NCBI GenBank assembly: GCA_964524665.1
Contig: CAZGFE010000004.1
Coordinates: 255 to 64,254 of the forward strand
Length of the DNA: 64,000 bases
Origin: an uncultured Gemmatimonas sp.
Lineage (GTDB): Bacteria; Gemmatimonadota; Gemmatimonadetes; Gemmatimonadales; Gemmatimonadaceae
Reading direction: 5' to 3'
A program made the position numbers and the translations under genes. Below the pieces are notes generated by a model. That model had not been told where the DNA came from. It worked only from the letters and a program-made list of their open reading frames with translations, and searched no databases. Below are positions 56,142-64,000 of this stretch, piece by piece; the first letter of the stretch is position 1, and the number at the start of each line of letters is the position of its first letter.

Positions 56142-58004
56142 CTACAGCGAACCGGCCGGCGGCAAGGCGCCACCCGCCGCCGCGCCGTTCGCTGCCTGGG
56201 GGGTCGTGAAGTCCTCGCCCGGGTTGATGAAGAGATCCTTCTCGATGGCGTACTGCGTGTCGTGCAGCTCGCGGTAGCGACCTTCGAGCGCCATCAGCGC
56301 GTGGTGCGTGCCGCGCTCCACGATCTCGCCCCCCTCGAGCACCAGGATCTGGTTCGCCGAGCGGATCGTCGAGAGACGGTGCGCGATGACGAAGGTCGTG
56401 CGCCCCGAGCGCAGGGCGCCGAGCGCTTCGCGGATCTGGCTCTCGCTCTCCGAGTCGAGACTGGAGGTCGCCTCGTCGAGGATCAGCACCTGCGGATCGG
56501 CGAGGATCGCGCGGGCGATGGCGACGCGCTGGCGCTGGCCGCCGGAGAGCTTCACGCCGCGCTCGCCGACGACCGTGTCGTAGCCGTCCGGGAACCCCGA
56601 GACGAATTCCTCACAGTTGGCGATGCGCGCCGCCTCGCGGATCTCTGCGGCGGTCGCGCCAGGGCGTGAGAACGCGATGTTCTCCGCCACGGTGCCATCG
56701 AACAGAAAGTTGTCCTGCAGCACCACACCCACGGTGCGCCGGTAGTCGCGCAGCTTGAGATCCGCGAGGTCCTGGTCGCCGATCGTCACGCGGCCCTTGA
56801 GCGGACGGTTGAACGCGAGGATCAGCGAGATCAGCGTGCTCTTGCCCGAGCCGCTCGATCCGACGAGCGCAGTGGTCGTGCCCGAGGGCGCCACGAAGGA
56901 GATGTCCTTGAGCACCGGGATCCCCTCGCGGTACTCGAACCACACGTGCTCGAACGCCACGTCGCCGTCGAGCCGCGCCAGCGGATGGCGCTTCTCGTCG
57001 TCCTGATCCTCCGTGGGCGTCTCGAGGATCTCACGGATCCGGTCGAGTCCCGCAAACGCCTCTGTCACCTGTGTGCCGATGGCGGCCATCTGCACGACGG
57101 GGAACGAGACCAGTCCCACGAAGAAGATGTACGAGACGAGGTCGCCGAGGGTCATCGTGCCCGCGAGCACGGCGCGACCGCCGACCACGACGATCAGCAC
57201 ACCCACCGCGCCGATGATCACGGTGGACACCGCCGCGATGGCGCTGGTGCCCGTGATGGTGGACGCGATGTTGCGGAAGAGCCGGTGGACGCCGCGCGTG
57301 AAGACGACCTCCTCGCGCTTCTCGGCCGTGTAGACCTTCACCACGCGCGCGCCGCCCATGGCTTGCCCGAGCCGTCCGCTCACTTCCGCCTGGATCTTGG
57401 AGCGTTCGCGGAAGATCGGACGGAGCTTGGTGAATGCATACGCCATCACGCCGCCGAAGACCGCAAGGAAGACGAGCGTCAGCGTGGTGAGCACCCAGTT
57501 CAGATAGAACAGGTAGGCGAGCGCGATCGCGGCAGTGACCGACCCGCCGACGAGCTGCACGATCCCCGTACCGATCAGATTGCGGATGCCTTCGGCGTCC
57601 ACCATCACGCGGTTGATCAGCACGCCGCTCTGGGTGGAGTCGAAGAACGTGACGGGCAGCCGGAGCACGTGCGCCTGCACCCGGCGGCGGAGGTCCGTGA
57701 TGGCGCGCTGCGCGGCGACGGAGATGACCTGCGAGAGCGCAAAGGAGCTCGACGCCTGCAGGAGCGTGGCCACGCCGGCGGCCACGGCGATCGGCGTGAG
57801 CAGGTCGATCCGCCGATTCGCCAGCACCTCGTCAATGATCCACTTCACGCTGCCCGGGAGCACGAGACCGGACAGTCGGTTCACCAGCATGAGGCCGAGG
57901 CCCGCGATGAGCGAGCGGCGGTGCTGCCACATCAGGCGTCGGGTCTCGGCCCACGCCGCCTTGTAGTTGGTCGGGCGCTTCTCCGGCTTGGCGGGAGCGG
58001 TCAC
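56142..58004 (-). CDS. ABC exporter, fused TMD-NBD (MsbA/Sav1866-like)
   Basis: TM domain; GSSGSGKST, LSGGQRQR, ILDEATSSLD, IAHRLST. Confidence 0.95.
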   Translation of the reverse strand: MTAPAKPEKRPTNYKAAWAETRRLMWQHRRSLIAGLGLMLVNRLSGLVLPGSVKWIIDEVLANRRIDLLTPIAVAAGVATLLQASSSFALSQVISVAAQRAITDLRRRVQAHVLRLPVTFFDSTQSGVLINRVMVDAEGIRNLIGTGIVQLVGGSVTAAIALAYLFYLNWVLTTLTLVFLAVFGGVMAYAFTKLRPIFRERSKIQAEVSGRLGQAMGGARVVKVYTAEKREEVVFTRGVHRLFRNIASTITGTSAIAAVSTVIIGAVGVLIVVVGGRAVLAGTMTLGDLVSYIFFVGLVSFPVVQMAAIGTQVTEAFAGLDRIREILETPTEDQDDEKRHPLARLDGDVAFEHVWFEYREGIPVLKDISFVAPSGTTTALVGSSGSGKSTLISLILAFNRPLKGRVTIGDQDLADLKLRDYRRTVGVVLQDNFLFDGTVAENIAFSRPGATAAEIREAARIANCEEFVSGFPDGYDTVVGERGVKLSGGQRQRVAIARAILADPQVLILDEATSSLDSESESQIREALGALRSGRTTFVIAHRLSTIRSANQILVLEGGEIVERGTHHALMALEGRYRELHDTQYAIEKDLFINPGEDFTTPQAANGAAAGGALPPAGSL

Positions 58005-58783
58005 GCGGCGACCCCCCGTTCGCGCAGGATGGCGCCGGGATCGTCGGAGATGATGCCGTTCACACCGGCGTTCCAGAGGCGGCGCGCAACGGCGGGATCA
58101 TTGATGGTCCACACGTGAGTCGGTCCTCCGGCGGCGCGCATCATCTGCGCATAGCCGCGGATGGGGAGGGGCAGCCCGCGATGCGTTCGCGGCAGGCACA
58201 GCGCTTGGAAGGAGAGAGCGGGGCGCCGCCGACGGAACAGCGCCGGCAGATAGAGGCGGGCGAGCGTATCGGAGGCAGCGCTCACGGGCACACCAGCGCG
58301 CTCGAACGGCGCCAGCGCGGCGTCCAGGAACGAGCCGATCAGCACGCGCTCGATGGCCGACGTGCGCGCCAGCACGCGGAGCGCCGGGGCGGCGACCTCC
58401 ACCGACTTCAGCTCGACGATCAGAGGAAACACCGGCGGCAGCTCGGCGAGCGCCTCTTCGAGCGTCGGCACGTACAGGCCGCGTCCTCGCCACGGAAACG
58501 TGCGTCCCGCATCGGGGGTGAAGCGGGCGCCTGCGTCGCACTGCCGAAGCTCCCGCGCCGTGCGCTCGCGAACGGGTCCGGTGCTGTCGGTCGTGCGGTC
58601 GAGCGTCTCGTCGTGCAGGATGACCGGGACGCCGTCGGCCGAGAGATGGACATCGAACTCGACCGCGTCGGCGCCGAGTGCCACCGCCTCCGAGAAGGAT
58701 CGCAGCGTGTTCTCGGGCGCGAAGGCGCGGTTGCCGCGATGTCCGATGACCGGACGCCGCGAAGGATCGAGGAGAAGATGCAC
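58001..58783 (-). CDS. Glycerophosphodiester phosphodiesterase
   Basis: IGHRG..APENT, EFDV, HD.TLDRTT, VWTIND, GIISDDP. Confidence 0.93.
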   Translation of the reverse strand: MHLLLDPSRRPVIGHRGNRAFAPENTLRSFSEAVALGADAVEFDVHLSADGVPVILHDETLDRTTDSTGPVRERTARELRQCDAGARFTPDAGRTFPWRGRGLYVPTLEEALAELPPVFPLIVELKSVEVAAPALRVLARTSAIERVLIGSFLDAALAPFERAGVPVSAASDTLARLYLPALFRRRRPALSFQALCLPRTHRGLPLPIRGYAQMMRAAGGPTHVWTINDPAVARRLWNAGVNGIISDDPGAILRERGVAA

Positions 58784-58795
58784 ATCGCAAGATAA

Positions 58796-58834
58796 GCAAA
58801 GGGGGGTGGGCCTTGTCGGCCCACCCCCCTTTGC
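58796..58834 (-). terminator. Intrinsic terminator/hairpin after the TonB receptor gene
   Basis: GCAAAGGGGGGTGGGCC-5nt-GGCCCACCCCCCTTTGC perfect 17-bp stem; minus strand continues TTATCTT. Confidence 0.75.
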
Positions 58835-58848
58835 CGCCCTGCGGAGGA

Positions 58849-61677
58849 CTAGAAGGTGTACTGGATCCGCGTGGTGGCGAACCGGCCCACCGGCGCGACG
58901 CCAACGAACGACGGCACCTGATTGTCGAGGAGGTTCTGGACGTTCAGCGACCAGCGAATGTTCTGCGCGGTCGGCAGGCGCCAGGAGAATCCGAGGTCGA
59001 CAAAGGCGTTCACCGGCACCGAGTTATACGGAACCGGCGTGCCGATGTTGAAGGAGTTGAACACGCCCGAGTTCACTTCGAACGCATCCATGTACCGGCC
59101 GCGAAGCTCCGCGCTCATGCCGCGGGCTTCGTCCACGCGACGGAGCGTGAGCGAGCCACGATTCTTCGGCGTGTTCGCCGCGAGCGGGCTTGCCGCCGAG
59201 GCCCCCGGCGCGTCGGGAAAGAGATTGCGCGAGAGCTGCGAGTAGGTGGCTTCGACGCTCCACATGTCGTTGAAGAGGTAGTCCAGTGCGAGGTCGATGC
59301 CGCGCACGTCGACGTGGCCATCGCCGTTCCGGTACGTGAAGACGAGGTACGTCTGGTCGTAGATGGGGTTGTCGAAGTTGAGCGCGCCCGTCGGCGCGCC
59401 CGCGAGCTGCGTGGTCCAGCCGGTGATCACGGATCCGATCGCGCCGGCCGGGACGCCGTTGCTCGCCATCGCGGCCGTGACCCCGGTCCCGGCGGCGCCG
59501 AGGTAGGCGCCAAGGGTCGCTGGGTCATAGAACGCCACCTGGGGGATGAGTCCCGTGGTCGGGTCCGCCGGGCGGATCTGATACCAGTAGTCGGCGGACA
59601 CTCGGAGGTTGTTGCCGAAGATCCCCTTCCAGCCGAGTTCGAACGTGTTGGAGAAGTTCGCGCCGAGTGGCTTGAGGTCGACGATGCTCGAGAGCGGAAT
59701 GATCGGCGATCCGGGCAGCGCGACGTTCCGGAAGACCGTGCCGACCTGCGTGTGCGTCGGATTCACGGCGTTCAGTGCGTTCCGGATGTTGGCCTGCTGT
59801 GTCGCGTTGAGCCCGAACGTGCCGGCGATCGACGCCACCAGCGCCGTCGACGTGCCGCCGTTCATGAAGGAGTTGAGCGTGAGCGCCGAGCTGGCGGGGA
59901 TCAAGGTGTTGCCGGCCGTCCGCATCATCAGCCCGTTGCTGATGGTGGAGACGCCGCTCCGGTCGTACTGCCAGCCCTTCTTGGCCGGATTGCCGAAGAT
60001 CCGCACTTCGCGGGTCCCGAGGATCGGGCCGAGGTTGCTCGACGTGCCCGACCACTGGTCGAGGAACATCGAGAACGACGCCGGCGAGTTGAAGGCCCGG
60101 TTGAACGTCAGGCGGAAGTTCTGCGTCGGCGTGTGCTTGTAGAGGAAGGCCGCGCGCGGTGAGGTCTGATACCCGTCGATGCGGCTGTTCAGGTCGAGGC
60201 GAACCGCGCCCATGAAGTCGAGCTTGGGGGTGAGGGGCTGCGTCACCTGCACGTAGCCGCCGACCTCGGTGATGTTGTCGTCGTTCTCGTTCCGCCCCAT
60301 GATCGTGCCTTCGGTCTGCGGGGTCGTCGCGATGTAGTCGAAGCCGGTCGTCAACTTCGTGCTGCCGAACCGGAGGCCCTGCTGCGCCTGCGCGACCAGC
60401 ACCGTGGACTTGTCCACCACTGGGATGCCGGAGCGGAGGTAGTAGGTCCCGGCGTCGTCGAGCGCGTCCTCATTGCCCGAGTTCGACCCGTTGAAGAAGA
60501 CCTGGGCGAAGAAATCCTTGTGGCGGAAACGCTGCTGGAAGTTGGTGTAGCTCCAGTTGCGTGCGGCGGCGGCGCCGAAGGTCGTCGTGATCTCGAGCGC
60601 ATTCCCGATCTTCGAGTAGCCGAACGTCGTGATGGCTTCGGTGTCGTCGTTCGGGCGCCAGTCGAGACGCGCCTCCATGCCGTACTTGGAGAGTTCGAAG
60701 TCACGCGCCGCCGAGGCACCGCGGCGCGAGACCGGGAGCCGGGTGTCGGTCGCGCTGTACGTCGCGGGCTCGTTCGGATCGTTGTACTCCCAGTCGTTCG
60801 CGCGGAAGTACTCGCCCGAGAGCTTGTAGCCGAACTTGCCGTCGCCGAAGACGCCGGCGTGACGGCCCGCCAGGCGCATCATCGAGCGCTCACCGCCGTC
60901 GAGCGTCAGCGAGGTGCCCTGGGACTGGAACGGCGACTTGGTGATCACGTGGAGCACGCCCGCGCCGGAGTTCGGCCCGTACAGCGCCGACGCCGGTCCC
61001 TGAAGCACTTCGATCCGGTCGATGTCCTCGCCCGTGCCGGTGAACAGGAACGGCACGTTCACGCGGAGGGACGGCACGCCGGCGAAGCGATAGTCCTGCA
61101 GCATCAGCATCGACGTCGAGAAGGCGTTGTTGAAGCCGCGCGAGACGATGTTCGCCTGCACGATGCCGCCATTCGAGATCGACAGGCCAGGCTGGCCCTT
61201 GAGGTGATCCGTGATCGTCGCCGCCGGCCGCTCGGCGATCCGCTCGGAGCTGATCAGCGAGATCGAGTTCGGGGAGTCGAGGATCTTCTCGGGTTCGGCG
61301 CCGCGGGTGCCCGTGACGACCGTGGGGTTGAGCTGCACAGCCAGCGGCGACAGCCCTACGTCCGCCGTGGCAGTCCCGCCCGCGGTCACGGACACGCCTT
61401 CCACACGCCGCTCCCGGTAGCCGATCATGTTCACGACGACGGTATACGTGCCCACCGGGACACCCCCGATCCGGTACGACCCGTTGTCACCGGTGAGGAC
61501 CGGGGACGCCACGGCCGTGTTGCCGGTCATGACCTGGACCCGGGCACCGACGACGGGGCTTCCGCCCTCGGCCTCGGTCACGCGTCCGGCGACGCTGCCG
61601 ACCTGCGCGCCGACGGCTCCCGCGGCCGCGAAGAAGGCAACCACCGTGAGCAGCTTGCTGACGAATCGGATTCGCAT
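58849..61677 (-). CDS. TonB-dependent receptor with N-terminal carboxypeptidase-regulatory-like domain
   Basis: Signal peptide; VVTGTR, plug IDRIEVLQGPASALYG..SG.GV..VITK, SPRAAF, NLLD, C-terminal YTF; GAGG RBS before ATG 61677. Confidence 0.92.
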   Translation of the reverse strand: MRIRFVSKLLTVVAFFAAAGAVGAQVGSVAGRVTEAEGGSPVVGARVQVMTGNTAVASPVLTGDNGSYRIGGVPVGTYTVVVNMIGYRERRVEGVSVTAGGTATADVGLSPLAVQLNPTVVTGTRGAEPEKILDSPNSISLISSERIAERPAATITDHLKGQPGLSISNGGIVQANIVSRGFNNAFSTSMLMLQDYRFAGVPSLRVNVPFLFTGTGEDIDRIEVLQGPASALYGPNSGAGVLHVITKSPFQSQGTSLTLDGGERSMMRLAGRHAGVFGDGKFGYKLSGEYFRANDWEYNDPNEPATYSATDTRLPVSRRGASAARDFELSKYGMEARLDWRPNDDTEAITTFGYSKIGNALEITTTFGAAAARNWSYTNFQQRFRHKDFFAQVFFNGSNSGNEDALDDAGTYYLRSGIPVVDKSTVLVAQAQQGLRFGSTKLTTGFDYIATTPQTEGTIMGRNENDDNITEVGGYVQVTQPLTPKLDFMGAVRLDLNSRIDGYQTSPRAAFLYKHTPTQNFRLTFNRAFNSPASFSMFLDQWSGTSSNLGPILGTREVRIFGNPAKKGWQYDRSGVSTISNGLMMRTAGNTLIPASSALTLNSFMNGGTSTALVASIAGTFGLNATQQANIRNALNAVNPTHTQVGTVFRNVALPGSPIIPLSSIVDLKPLGANFSNTFELGWKGIFGNNLRVSADYWYQIRPADPTTGLIPQVAFYDPATLGAYLGAAGTGVTAAMASNGVPAGAIGSVITGWTTQLAGAPTGALNFDNPIYDQTYLVFTYRNGDGHVDVRGIDLALDYLFNDMWSVEATYSQLSRNLFPDAPGASAASPLAANTPKNRGSLTLRRVDEARGMSAELRGRYMDAFEVNSGVFNSFNIGTPVPYNSVPVNAFVDLGFSWRLPTAQNIRWSLNVQNLLDNQVPSFVGVAPVGRFATTRIQYTF

Positions 61678-61738
61678 ACGAGAGACACCTCGGAACGCGT
61701 GGGGTGTGGAGCGCCAACCGCGGACGCCCGCCAAGAGC

Positions 61739-61756
61739 GCGTGACGTACGTCACGC
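61739..61756. promoter_or_regulatory. Perfect 18-bp palindrome, candidate operator upstream of the TonB receptor
   Basis: GCGTGACGTACGTCACGC; GTGA-N6-TCAC spacing; a TTGACG lies further upstream on the minus strand (61801-61796). Confidence 0.5.
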
Positions 61757-61849
61757 CATCTGGGACGGGACAAACTTCCTCTATGGCAGGTCCGGCGTCA
61801 ATAAGGGCCGGGGGGCCAAATTTGCCGGCGGTCGCCGACGCGGACCCGC

Positions 61850-62479
61850 TTAGCGGACGCCGATCACCTTGTGTGTCTGGACCGAGAGCCGCCACCGCGG
61901 GTGCGCGAGGCACCACGCGATGGCTCCGGCCGTCGCCTCGGCGAGGGCCGGGCCGTCCATCGGCTGCAGGAACCAGTGCTCGAACGCGAGCCCCTCGAAA
62001 CGCTCGGGAGGCGCCTTCTCCTGGGGCCAAACGAGCTTGAGTTCGTTCCCGCCGCTCACCGCGAGCGGCGCATCTGCCTTGGGGCTCACGCAGACCCAGT
62101 CGAGTCCCTCAGGGATCGGCTGCGTGCCGTTGGTCTCGACGGCCACTTCGAAGCCGCGCGCCTGCATCGCGCGGATGGCCGGTGTGTCCAGCTGCAGCAG
62201 CGGCTCGCCTCCCGTGCACACGACGAACGGGCGCCCACCGGCGTTCTGGGGCCAGCGCGCGGCGACCGCGTCCGCCAGCTCCGCTGGCGTGGCGAACTTG
62301 CCGCCATCCGGCCCGACGCCAACGAAGTCCGTGTCGCAGAAGGAGCACACGGCACTCGCGCGGTCGGCCTCGCGCCCGGTCCAGAGATTGCACCCCGAGA
62401 ACCGGCAGAAGACCGCCGGGCGTCCCGTGTGGAAGCCCTCGCCCTGCAGCGTATAGAAGATCTCTTTGACGGTGTACAT
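61850..62479 (-). CDS. queE: 7-carboxy-7-deazaguanine synthase (radical SAM, Cx14Cx2C type)
   Basis: VKEIFYTLQGEG, CNLWTGREADRASAVCSFCDT, TGGEP, ETNG, SPK, LSVQTHK. Confidence 0.95.
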   Translation of the reverse strand: MYTVKEIFYTLQGEGFHTGRPAVFCRFSGCNLWTGREADRASAVCSFCDTDFVGVGPDGGKFATPAELADAVAARWPQNAGGRPFVVCTGGEPLLQLDTPAIRAMQARGFEVAVETNGTQPIPEGLDWVCVSPKADAPLAVSGGNELKLVWPQEKAPPERFEGLAFEHWFLQPMDGPALAEATAGAIAWCLAHPRWRLSVQTHKVIGVR

Positions 62480-62509
62480 CGGCGGCGCGGGAGGGAGGAC
62501 TCCCGCAAT

Positions 62510-63199
62510 CTAACCGGCTTCGGCGAATCCCTTGGCCCGGAGTTGGCAGGCGTCGCAGTGCGCGCACGGGGTCCCGTCCGGTGCGGGATCGTAGCAGGAG
62601 ATGGTCATTCCGTAGTCCACGCCGAGCGCGCGGCCCGCACGGATGATCTCCCCCTTGGTCATCTCCATCAGCGGTGCGCGGATCAGCACCCGCGTCGTGC
62701 CCTCGACGCCCGAGCGCGTCGCCAGGTTCGCCATGCGCTCGAAGGCGTCGATGTACTCGGGGCGGCAGTCGGGATATCCGCTGTAGTCGAGGGCGTTCAC
62801 ACCGATCAGGATCTCGCTCGCCCCCAGCACTTCGGCCCACGCGAGCGCGAAGCTGAGGAAGATCGTGTTCCGCGCCGGCACGTAGGTGACGGGGATCTCG
62901 TCCGAGGCTCGGGTCGTGTCGCGGTCCTTCGGCACCGCGAGCTCCGTCGTGAGCGCCGACCCACCGATGGACCGCAGATCGATATCTGCCACCACGTGCC
63001 GCGCCACCCGCCACGCCGCGGCCAGCGCGCGGGCGCGCTCGATCTCGACGCCGTGACGCTGCCCGTACCGGAAGGTCAGGGCGTGCACGGCGTAGCCCGC
63101 CTGTGTGGCCATCGCCAGCACAGTCGCCGAATCGAGGCCGCCCGAGAGCAGCACCACGGCCGGAGTCCCGGGCGTGACGGGCTCCACCCGGCGCTCCAC
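62510..63199 (-). CDS. queC: 7-cyano-7-deazaguanine synthase
   Basis: LSGGLDS, YGQRH..E, TYVPARN, YPDCR, SCY...C..CDAC.LR..GF. Confidence 0.95.
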   Translation of the reverse strand: MERRVEPVTPGTPAVVLLSGGLDSATVLAMATQAGYAVHALTFRYGQRHGVEIERARALAAAWRVARHVVADIDLRSIGGSALTTELAVPKDRDTTRASDEIPVTYVPARNTIFLSFALAWAEVLGASEILIGVNALDYSGYPDCRPEYIDAFERMANLATRSGVEGTTRVLIRAPLMEMTKGEIIRAGRALGVDYGMTISCYDPAPDGTPCAHCDACQLRAKGFAEAG

Positions 63200-63200
63200 G

Positions 63201-63998
63201 CTACTCCGCGCGGAGACCGGCGACGATCTCCTTGAGTCGCACGGACCCCTGCATCAACGCCGTGGCGGCGCCCGACATCTCTTCGCAGGCCGCCGACTGC
63301 TCCTGCGTGGACGCGCTCACTTCCTGCGCGGCGGCGGCGTGGCCTTCGGCCGCGCGGGCCGCGCTCGAGATCCCCGCGGCCGCTGCACTGACGGCGGCCA
63401 CGTTGGCGTCCGCGGCCGTGCCGAGACCGACGGCCGCGTTCCGCGTCTGTTCGGCCGAGTGGCCGATCGCGGTCAGCGCGCTGTCGATGCCCTCGGACAC
63501 CGTGTCGATGTCCGCGACGCGCGTCGCCCCGGTCTCCATGGCCTGCGTGGTCGTTCCGACGCGGCGCGTCACGACGGCCGTGAGCTGCACCACGTCGTCG
63601 GCGGCCTGCTGCGCCTGATCGGCGAGCTTGCGCACCTCGTCCGCGACGACGGCAAAGCCGCGCCCGGCCGCGCCGGCGCGGGCGGCCTCGATCGCCGCAT
63701 TCAGGGAGAGCAGGTTCGTCTGCTCCGCGATGCGGCTGACGATGCCGACGAACTTGTTGATGCTCTCGGCCGTGGACGTGAGCTCACGCACCTCCACCGC
63801 GGCGCGATCCACAGAGACCTTGATCTCCGCGAGCAGGGATCGCGCGCGCGCGATCTCGGCGCGCTTCTCGCGCGCCTGCCGTTCGATCTCTCCCGCCAGA
63901 TCCACCACTTCCTCCGCCGACGCCCGTACCTCGTGCGCACGCTCGCGGACGCCCTGCAGTGCGCTGTCGGCGTCGCGGAGCGCGGAGACCTGCACCTC
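63201..63998 (-). CDS. Methyl-accepting chemotaxis protein, C-terminal signalling domain (5' truncated by window)
   Basis: [35 protein letters not shown]. Confidence 0.92.
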   Translation of the reverse strand, partial: EVQVSALRDADSALQGVRERAHEVRASAEEVVDLAGEIERQAREKRAEIARARSLLAEIKVSVDRAAVEVRELTSTAESINKFVGIVSRIAEQTNLLSLNAAIEAARAGAAGRGFAVVADEVRKLADQAQQAADDVVQLTAVVTRRVGTTTQAMETGATRVADIDTVSEGIDSALTAIGHSAEQTRNAAVGLGTAADANVAAVSAAAAGISSAARAAEGHAAAAQEVSASTQEQSAACEEMSGAATALMQGSVRLKEIVAGLRAE

Positions 63999-64000
63999 CG

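Noticed and set aside
61850..63199. 7-deazaguanine DNA modification (Dpd) defence island
   Set aside because: No dpdA/tgtA5 or other dpd genes in the window.
63170..63230. preQ1 riboswitch before queC
   Set aside because: No intergenic space and no A-rich preQ1 tail.

Overview
Very GC-rich (roughly 70% by eye), densely coding bacterial chromosomal window. Gene content (many lipoproteins and Tat substrates, a TonB-dependent receptor, a Hanks-type kinase with PEGA domain, DUF5916) suggests a diderm organism, plausibly Gemmatimonadota (inference). In order: end of feoB plus a DtxR-family regulator; an SPFH/RHH/hydrolase operon with a clear sigma70 promoter and operator; a three-gene, translationally coupled operon (membrane Ser/Thr kinase, PEGA/pseudo-trypsin protein, ~3,480-aa lipoprotein with ~29 tandem FN3 repeats, most carrying a Cys pair, ending in an ALK/LTK-like glycine-rich domain); housekeeping genes (DUF72, SURF1, acyl-CoA dehydrogenase, two EamA, mgtE, rnz); tRNA-Ala(CGC) and tRNA-Gln(CTG); a periplasmic 3-keto-glycoside-type sugar degradation cluster; an MFS-acyltransferase fusion; a Ycf46-like AAA ATPase; ABC transporter, GDPD and TonB receptor; queE/queC; and the end of an MCP. 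No CRISPR array, integrase or transposase was seen. The strongest novelty candidate is the kinase/PEGA/giant FN3-ALK-like operon. Two highly structured intergenic regions are ncRNA candidates. All family calls come from motif recognition by eye, not database searches.
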